Source of the DNA: Escherichia coli
GTDB lineage: Bacteria; Pseudomonadota; Gammaproteobacteria; Enterobacterales; Enterobacteriaceae
Length of the DNA: 64,000 nt
Reading direction: 5' to 3' (one strand)
NCBI RefSeq assembly: GCF_046105845.1
Contig: NZ_CP151004.1
The translations under genes were made by a program, and so were the position numbers. The notes beneath the pieces were generated by a model. That model searched no databases. It had not been told where the DNA came from and worked only from the letters and a program-made list of their open reading frames with translations. Shown piece after piece: positions 57,177-64,000 of this stretch (its first letter is position 1; every line of letters begins with the position of its first letter).

Positions 57177-58457
57177 ATGAAATTACTTATTCTGGGTAAC
57201 CACACTTGCGGCAACCGCGGCGACAGCGCCATCCTGCGCGGCTTACTTGATGCCATCAACATCCTCAATCCACACGCCGAAGTGGACGTAATGAGCCGCT
57301 ATCCGGTCAGTTCTTCCTGGCTGCTCAACCGCCCGGTGATGGGCGATCCGCTGTTCCTGCAAATGAAACAACACAACAGCGCGGCGGGCGTTGTCGGGCG
57401 CGTTAAAAAAGTCCTCCGTCGCCGCTATCAGCACCAGGTATTGCTCTCACGCGTCACCGACACTGGCAAGCTGCGTAATATCGCGATCGCCCAGGGATTC
57501 ACTGACTTCGTGCGCCTGCTGTCAGGTTACGACGCCATTATTCAGGTCGGCGGATCGTTTTTTGTCGATCTCTACGGCGTGCCGCAGTTTGAGCACGCGC
57601 TTTGCACATTTATGGCGAAAAAGCCGCTGTTTATGATTGGTCACAGCGTCGGCCCCTTCCAGGATGAGCAATTTAACCAACTGGCGAACTACGTTTTTGG
57701 TCACTGTGACGCGCTGATCCTGCGCGAGTCGGTTAGCCTCGATCTAATGAAACGCAGCAATATCACCACTGCAAAAGTGGAACATGGCGTCGATACCGCG
57801 TGGCTGGTCGATCACCACACCGAAGATTTCACCGCCAGCTATGCCGTTCAACACTGGCTGGACGTTGCCGCACAACAGAAAACGGTGGCAATTACCCTGC
57901 GCGAACTGGCACCGTTCGACAAACGCCTCGGCACCACTCAACAAGCGTATGAAAAAGCCTTTGCCGGGGTGGTCAATCGCATTCTCGATGAAGGGTATCA
58001 GGTGATTGCGCTTTCCACCTGTACGGGCATCGACAGCTATAACAAAGACGACCGCATGGTGGCGCTCAACCTGCGCCAGCACATCAGCGATCCTGCCCGT
58101 TACCACGTGGTGATGGATGAACTCAACGATCTGGAAATGGGCAAAATTCTTGGTGCCTGTGAACTCACCGTCGGTACGCGCCTGCACTCCGCCATTATCT
58201 CAATGAACTTTGCCACTCCGGCGATTGCCATCAACTATGAACATAAATCCGCCGGGATTATGCAGCAGCTGGGGCTGCCAGAGATGGCGATTGATATCCG
58301 TCATTTACTGGACGGCAGCTTACAAGCGATGGTTGCGGATACCTTAGGCCAACTTCCGGCGCTGAACGCACGACTTAGCGAAGCCGTCAGTCGCGAACGT
58401 CAGACGGGAATGCGGATGGTGCAATCTGTGCTTGAACGCATTGGGGAGGCGAAATGA
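57177..58457 (+). CDS. wcaK: Colanic acid biosynthesis pyruvyl transferase
   Basis: 426-aa ORF. Confidence 0.9.
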   Translation: MKLLILGNHTCGNRGDSAILRGLLDAINILNPHAEVDVMSRYPVSSSWLLNRPVMGDPLFLQMKQHNSAAGVVGRVKKVLRRRYQHQVLLSRVTDTGKLRNIAIAQGFTDFVRLLSGYDAIIQVGGSFFVDLYGVPQFEHALCTFMAKKPLFMIGHSVGPFQDEQFNQLANYVFGHCDALILRESVSLDLMKRSNITTAKVEHGVDTAWLVDHHTEDFTASYAVQHWLDVAAQQKTVAITLRELAPFDKRLGTTQQAYEKAFAGVVNRILDEGYQVIALSTCTGIDSYNKDDRMVALNLRQHISDPARYHVVMDELNDLEMGKILGACELTVGTRLHSAIISMNFATPAIAINYEHKSAGIMQQLGLPEMAIDIRHLLDGSLQAMVADTLGQLPALNARLSEAVSRERQTGMRMVQSVLERIGEAK

Positions 58458-59674
58458 AGGTCGGCTTCTTTTTACTGAAATTTCCGCTGTCTTCGGAAAC
58501 CTTCGTCCTCAACCAAATCACTGCGTTTATTGATATGGGCTTTGAGGTGGAGATTGTCGCGCTGCAAAAAGGCGATACAGAGAACACCCACGCGGCATGG
58601 ACGAAATACAACCTTGCCGCCAGAACCCGCTGGTTACAGGACGAACCTACGGGCAAAGTGGCGAAGCTGCGCCACCGAGTCAGTCAGACCTTACGCGGCA
58701 TTCATCGTAAAAATACCTGGCAGGCGCTCAACCTCAAACGCTATGGCGCAGAGTCGCGGAATCTGATTTTGTCTGCCATTTGCGGCCAGGTCGCAACACC
58801 GTTTCGCGCCGATGTGTTCATCGCTCATTTTGGTCCAGCGGGGGTAACCGCAGCAAAACTCCGCGAACTGGGTGTCATTCGCGGCAAAATTGCCACTATC
58901 TTCCACGGCATTGATATCTCCAGTCGGGAAGTTCTCAACCACTACACCCCCGAATATCAACAACTGTTTCGCCGTGGCGACCTGATGCTACCGATAAGCG
59001 ATCTGTGGGCCGGAAGGCTGCAAAAAATGGGCTGCCCGAGGGAAAAAATCGCCGTATCGCGCATGGGCGTGGACATGACGCGCTTTAGCCCGCGTCCGGT
59101 GAAAGCGCCCGCAACACCGCTGGAAATCATTTCCGTCGCACGCTTAACCGAGAAAAAAGGCCTGCATGTGGCGATCGAAGCCTGCCGTCAGTTGAAAGAG
59201 CAGGGCGTGGCATTTCGCTATCGCATCCTCGGCATTGGCCCGTGGGAACGACGCCTGCGCACCCTCATCGAACAATATCAACTGGAAGATGTGGTAGAGA
59301 TGCCAGGCTTTAAACCGAGCCATGAAGTGAAAGAGATGCTCGATGACGCGGATGTCTTCCTGTTGCCATCGGTAACGGGCGCGGATGGCGATATGGAAGG
59401 TATTCCGGTGGCACTAATGGAAGCGATGGCGGTCGGCATTCCGGTTGTTTCCACTCTGCATAGCGGAATACCGGAACTGGTGGAGGCCGATAAATCCGGC
59501 TGGCTGGTGCCTGAGAACGATGCTCGCGCACTGGCGCAACGACTGGCGGCGTTTAGCCAACTGGACACCGACGAATTGGCTCCGGTCGTCAAACGCGCGC
59601 GCGAAAAAGTTGAACACGATTTTAACCAGCAGGTGATCAATCGAGAACTCGCCAGCTTGCTGCAGGCTTTATAG
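58454..59674 (+). CDS. wcaL: Colanic acid biosynthesis glycosyltransferase (GT1/GT4)
   Basis: 406-aa ORF; start overlaps the wcaK stop. Confidence 0.9.
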   Translation: MKVGFFLLKFPLSSETFVLNQITAFIDMGFEVEIVALQKGDTENTHAAWTKYNLAARTRWLQDEPTGKVAKLRHRVSQTLRGIHRKNTWQALNLKRYGAESRNLILSAICGQVATPFRADVFIAHFGPAGVTAAKLRELGVIRGKIATIFHGIDISSREVLNHYTPEYQQLFRRGDLMLPISDLWAGRLQKMGCPREKIAVSRMGVDMTRFSPRPVKAPATPLEIISVARLTEKKGLHVAIEACRQLKEQGVAFRYRILGIGPWERRLRTLIEQYQLEDVVEMPGFKPSHEVKEMLDDADVFLLPSVTGADGDMEGIPVALMEAMAVGIPVVSTLHSGIPELVEADKSGWLVPENDARALAQRLAAFSQLDTDELAPVVKRAREKVEHDFNQQVINRELASLLQAL

Positions 59675-59684
59675 AGGAGAACGT

Positions 59685-61079
59685 ATGCCATTTAAAAAAC
59701 TCTCCCGACGCACCTTCCTGACGGCAAGCTCGGCGCTTGCCTTCCTCCATACCCCTTTCGCTCGCGCACTTCCCGCCCGACAAAGCGTTAACATTAACGA
59801 CTACAACCCTCACGACTGGATCGCCTCATTTAAACAAGCCTTCAGCGAAGGGCAAACGGTCGTCGTGCCTGCCGGATTCGTTTGTGACAATATCAACACC
59901 GGCATCTTCATCCCTCCCGGCAAAACGTTACACATTCTTGGAAGCTTGCGCGGCAACGGCAGAGGGCGATTTGTCTTACAGGACGGCAGCCAGGTGACAG
60001 GGGAGGAGGGCGGCAGTATGCATAACATCACCCTGGATGTGCGTGGTTCTGACTGCACCATCAAAGGGCTGGCGATGAGCGGCTTTGGTCCGGTAACGCA
60101 GATTTATATCGGCGGCAAAAACAAACGGGTCATGCGCAACCTGACCATCGATAACCTGAACGTTAGCCACGCTAATTACGCCATCTTACGCCAGGGATTT
60201 CATAACCAGATTATCGGTGCCAACATCACCAATTGTAAGTTCAGCGACTTACAGGGCGACGCCATTGAATGGAACGTGGCAATTAACGACAGTGATATTT
60301 TGATCTCCGACCACATCATCGAGCGCATCAACTGTACTAACGGAAAAATCAACTGGGGCATCGGCATAGGCCTTGCGGGGAGTACTTATGATAATAACTA
60401 CCCGGAAGACCAGACAGTGAAAAACTTTGTCGTGGCGAATATCACGGGATCGGATTGTCGGCAGTTGATACATGTTGAAAATGGTAAACATTTTGTTATT
60501 CGTAATATCAAAGCCCGCAATATCACACCGGATTTCAGTAAGAAAGCAGGTATTGATAACGCCACGGTCGCTATTTACGGTTGTGACAATTTCGTGATTG
60601 ATAATATTGAAATGATTAATAGCGCCGGGATGTTAATCGGCTATGGGGTAATTAAAGGCAAATATCTCTCGATACCGCAAAATTTCCGAGTGAATAATAT
60701 TCAACTGGATAATACCCACCTTGCTTATAAATTGCGCGGCATCCAAATCTCTGCCGGGAATGCCGTCTCCTTTGTGGCACTGACTAACATTGAGATGAAG
60801 CGTGCCTCGCTTGAGCTACACAATAAACCGCAACACCTTTTTATGCGTAATATCAAAGTGATGCAGGAATCCTCTGTTGGACCAGCATTGAGCATGAACT
60901 TCGACATGCGCAAAGACGTACGAGGTGTCTTTATGGCGAAAAAAGAAACACTGCTGTCACTTGCAAATGTTCATGCGGTGAATGAAAGAGGGCAAAGCTC
61001 AGTCGATATCGACAGGATTAATCACCATATTGTTAATGTGGAAAAGATTAACTTTAGATTGCCGGAACGGAGGGAGTAG
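59685..61079 (+). CDS. wcaM: Colanic acid biosynthesis protein WcaM (secreted, beta-helix-like)
   Basis: 464-aa ORF with Tat-like/signal N-terminus ([13 protein letters not shown]). Confidence 0.9.
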   Translation: MPFKKLSRRTFLTASSALAFLHTPFARALPARQSVNINDYNPHDWIASFKQAFSEGQTVVVPAGFVCDNINTGIFIPPGKTLHILGSLRGNGRGRFVLQDGSQVTGEEGGSMHNITLDVRGSDCTIKGLAMSGFGPVTQIYIGGKNKRVMRNLTIDNLNVSHANYAILRQGFHNQIIGANITNCKFSDLQGDAIEWNVAINDSDILISDHIIERINCTNGKINWGIGIGLAGSTYDNNYPEDQTVKNFVVANITGSDCRQLIHVENGKHFVIRNIKARNITPDFSKKAGIDNATVAIYGCDNFVIDNIEMINSAGMLIGYGVIKGKYLSIPQNFRVNNIQLDNTHLAYKLRGIQISAGNAVSFVALTNIEMKRASLELHNKPQHLFMRNIKVMQESSVGPALSMNFDMRKDVRGVFMAKKETLLSLANVHAVNERGQSSVDIDRINHHIVNVEKINFRLPERRE

Positions 61080-61253
61080 ATTTGCGACCATTCCTGGAAA
61101 AATGGAGCCATACTTAGGAACAATGCTACAGCAATCCACAACGAAGCGGCGTAACATCACAAGTAATTCAGTAATCAATTCAGGGTAATTGATGCTGGCG
61201 AAAAAAATCGAACAAGCTATAATTCAGCAACCATTTTACAGGTGGATGAAATA

Positions 61254-62147
61254 ATGACGAATTTAAAAGCAGTTATTCCTGTAGCGGGTCTTGGGATGCA
61301 TATGTTGCCTGCCACTAAGGCGATTCCCAAAGAGATGCTACCGATCGTCGACAAGCCAATGATTCAGTACATTGTTGACGAGATCGTGGCTGCAGGGATC
61401 AAAGAAATCCTCCTGGTAACTCACGCGTCCAAGAACGCAGTCGAAAACCACTTCGACACCTCTTATGAATTAGAATCTCTCCTTGAACAGCGCGTGAAGC
61501 GTCAGCTGCTGGCGGAAGTACAGTCCATTTGCCCGCCGGGCGTGACCATTATGAACGTGCGTCAGGGCGAACCTTTAGGTTTGGGCCACTCCATTTTATG
61601 TGCACGACCTGCTATTGGTGACAACCCATTTGTCGTGGTGCTGCCAGACGTTGTGATTGACGACGCCAGCGCCGACCCGCTGCGCTACAACCTTGCTGCC
61701 ATGATTGCGCGCTTCAACGAAACGGGCCGCAGCCAGGTGCTGGCAAAACGTATGCCGGGTGACCTCTCTGAATACTCTGTCATCCAGACCAAAGAGCCGC
61801 TGGACCGCGAAGGTAAAGTCAGCCGCATTGTTGAATTCATCGAAAAACCGGATCAGCCGCAGACGCTGGACTCAGACATCATGGCCGTTGGTCGCTATGT
61901 GCTTTCTGCCGATATTTGGCCGGAACTTGAACGCACTCAGCCAGGTGCATGGGGACGTATTCAGCTGACTGATGCCATTGCCGAACTGGCGAAAAAACAG
62001 TCTGTTGACGCCATGCTGATGACTGGTGACAGCTACGACTGCGGTAAAAAAATGGGCTATATGCAGGCATTTGTGAAGTATGGACTACGCAACCTCAAAG
62101 AAGGGGCGAAGTTCCGTAAAGGGATTGAGAAGCTGTTAAGCGAATAA
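61254..62147 (+). CDS. galF: UTP-glucose-1-phosphate uridylyltransferase regulatory subunit
   Basis: ORF track starts at 61242; start set at the ATG at 61254 ([30 protein letters not shown]), 297 aa. Confidence 0.93.
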   Translation: MTNLKAVIPVAGLGMHMLPATKAIPKEMLPIVDKPMIQYIVDEIVAAGIKEILLVTHASKNAVENHFDTSYELESLLEQRVKRQLLAEVQSICPPGVTIMNVRQGEPLGLGHSILCARPAIGDNPFVVVLPDVVIDDASADPLRYNLAAMIARFNETGRSQVLAKRMPGDLSEYSVIQTKEPLDREGKVSRIVEFIEKPDQPQTLDSDIMAVGRYVLSADIWPELERTQPGAWGRIQLTDAIAELAKKQSVDAMLMTGDSYDCGKKMGYMQAFVKYGLRNLKEGAKFRKGIEKLLSE

Positions 62148-62187
62148 TGAAAATCTGACCGGATGTAACGGTTGATAAGAAAATTAT

Positions 62188-62248
62188 AACGGCAGTGAAG
62201 ATTCGCGGCGAAAGTAATTTGTTGCGAATATTCCTGCCGTTATTTTAT
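62188..62248 (+). terminator. Candidate galF terminator: long stem-loop (aacggcag...ctgccgtt) followed by a T-rich tract
   Basis: Seen in sequence: outer 8-bp stem with inner attcgc/gcgaat stem, followed by attttat. Confidence 0.35.
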
Positions 62249-62405
62249 ATAAACAATCAGAATAACAACGAGTTAGCAATAGGATTTTAGTCAAAGTTTT
62301 CCAGGATTTTCCTTGTTTCCAGAGCGGATTGGTAAGACAATTAGCGTTTGAATTTTTCGAGTTAAGCGCGAGTGGGTAACGCTCGTCACATCGTAGACAT
62401 GCATG

Positions 62406-62444
62406 CAGTGCTCTGGTAGCTGTAAAGCCAGGGGCGGTAGCGTG
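62406..62444 (+). promoter_or_regulatory. JUMPStart element with ops site (GGCGGTAGCGTG at 62433-62444) in the rfb operon leader
   Basis: Seen in sequence: cagtgctctggtagctgtaaagccaggggcggtagcgtg; matches the JUMPStart consensus as I recall it, and the ops core is exact. Confidence 0.85.
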
Positions 62445-62519
62445 CATTAATACCTCTATTAATCAAACTGAGAGCCGCTTATTTCACAGCATGCTCTGAA
62501 GTAATATGGAATAAATTAA

Positions 62520-63605
62520 GTGAAAATACTTGTTACTGGTGGCGCAGGATTTATTGGTTCTGCTGTAGTTCGTCACATTATAAATAATACGCAGGATAGT
62601 GTTGTTAATGTCGATAAATTAACGTACGCCGGAAACCTGGAATCACTTGCTGATGTTTCTGATTCTGAACGCTATGTTTTTGAACATGCGGATATTTGCG
62701 ATGCAGCTGCAATGGCGCGGATTTTTGCTCAGCATCAGCCGGATTCAGTGATGCACCTGGCTGCTGAAAGCCATGTTGACCGTTCAATTACAGGTCCTGC
62801 GGCATTTATTGAAACCAATATTGTTGGTACTTATGTCCTTTTGGAAGCGGCTCGCAATTACTGGTCTGCTCTTGATGGCGACAAGAAAAATAGCTTCCGT
62901 TTTCATCATATTTCTACTGACGAAGTCTATGGTGATTTGCCTCATCCTGACGAAGTAAATAATAAAGAACAATTACCCCTCTTTACTGAGACGACAGCTT
63001 ACGCGCCTAGTAGTCCTTATTCCGCATCAAAAGCATCCAGCGATCATTTAGTCCGCGCGTGGAAACGTACCTATGGTTTACCGACCATTGTGACTAATTG
63101 CTCTAACAATTATGGTCCTTATCATTTCCCGGAAAAATTGATTCCACTAGTAATTCTTAATGCTCTGGAAGGTAAGGCATTACCTATTTATGGCAAAGGG
63201 GATCAAATTCGTGACTGGCTGTATGTTGAAGATCATGCGCGTGCGTTATATACCGTCGTAACCGAAGGTAAAGCGGGTGAAACTTATAACATTGGTGGGC
63301 ACAACGAAAAGAAAAACATTGATGTAGTGCTCACTATTTGTGATTTGCTGGATGAGATTGTACCGAAAGATAAATCTTACCGCGAGCAAATTACTTATGT
63401 TGCCGATCGTCCGGGACACGATCGCCGTTATGCGATTGATGCTGAGAAGATTGGTCGCGAATTGGGATGGAAACCACAGGAAACGTTTGAGAGCGGGATT
63501 CGGAAGACAGTGGAATGGTACCTGTCCAATACAAAATGGGTTGATAATGTGAAAAGTGGTGCCTATCAATCGTGGATTGAACAGAACTATGAGGGCCGCC
63601 AGTAA
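62520..63605 (+). CDS. rmlB: dTDP-glucose 4,6-dehydratase
   Basis: 361-aa ORF with GTG start; SDR motif TGGAGFIGS; first gene after the JUMPStart element. Confidence 0.93.
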   Translation: MKILVTGGAGFIGSAVVRHIINNTQDSVVNVDKLTYAGNLESLADVSDSERYVFEHADICDAAAMARIFAQHQPDSVMHLAAESHVDRSITGPAAFIETNIVGTYVLLEAARNYWSALDGDKKNSFRFHHISTDEVYGDLPHPDEVNNKEQLPLFTETTAYAPSSPYSASKASSDHLVRAWKRTYGLPTIVTNCSNNYGPYHFPEKLIPLVILNALEGKALPIYGKGDQIRDWLYVEDHARALYTVVTEGKAGETYNIGGHNEKKNIDVVLTICDLLDEIVPKDKSYREQITYVADRPGHDRRYAIDAEKIGRELGWKPQETFESGIRKTVEWYLSNTKWVDNVKSGAYQSWIEQNYEGRQ

Positions 63606-64000
63606 TGAATATCCTCCTTTTTGGCAAAACAGGGCAGGTAGGTTGGGAGCTACAGCGTGCTCTGGCACCGCTGGGTAATTTGATTGCTCTTGATGTTCAC
63701 TCCACTGATTGCTGTGGTGATTTTAGTAATCCTGAAGGTGTAGCTGAAACCGTAAGAAGCATTCGGCCTGATATTATTGTCAACGCAGCCGCCCACACCG
63801 CAGTAGACAAAGCAGAATCAGAACCGGAGTTTGCACAATTACTTAACGCGACGAGTGTCGAAGCGATCGCGAAAGCAGCCAATGAAGTCGGCGCCTGGGT
63901 TATTCACTACTCTACTGACTACGTATTTCCGGGAACCGGTGAAATACCATGGCAGGAGGCGGATGCAACCGCACCGCTGAACGTTTATGGTGAAACCAAG
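63605..64000 (+). CDS. rmlD: dTDP-4-dehydrorhamnose reductase (partial, continues beyond the window end)
   Basis: ATG at 63605 overlaps the rmlB stop (TAATG). Translation [20 protein letters not shown]... runs to the window end with no stop; absent from the ORF track because it is truncated. Confidence 0.88.
   Translation, partial: MNILLFGKTGQVGWELQRALAPLGNLIALDVHSTDCCGDFSNPEGVAETVRSIRPDIIVNAAAHTAVDKAESEPEFAQLLNATSVEAIAKAANEVGAWVIHYSTDYVFPGTGEIPWQEADATAPLNVYGETK

Overview
This window reads as a conserved Escherichia coli-type chromosomal segment, in reverse-complement orientation relative to the K-12 map as I recall it; I see no inserted accessory island, IS element, prophage or CRISPR array. 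All gene names are assigned by recognising the translated ORFs and the gene order from memory, not by any database search. In order: the galactitol operon gatYZABCD with an intact gatR; yegS; yegR; the CyaR sRNA; yegQ; yegP; baeR-baeS-mdtDCBA on the minus strand; three tandem ~328-bp Ibs/Sib type I toxin-antitoxin repeats; the yegL-yegK-(yegJ)-yegI cluster encoding a vWA protein, a PP2C-like phosphatase and a kinase-like protein; yegD; alkA; dgcE; udk; dcd; asmA; yegH; the complete colanic-acid cluster wza-wzb-wzc-wcaA-F-gmd-fcl-gmm-wcaI-cpsB-cpsG-wcaJ-wzxC-wcaK-wcaL-wcaM; galF; and the start of an rfb cluster (rmlB, partial rmlD). Two JUMPStart/ops elements sit upstream of wza and rmlB. The most interesting under-characterised content is the vWA/PP2C/kinase triad and the triplicated ibs/sib locus; the rest is ordinary, well-described core genome.
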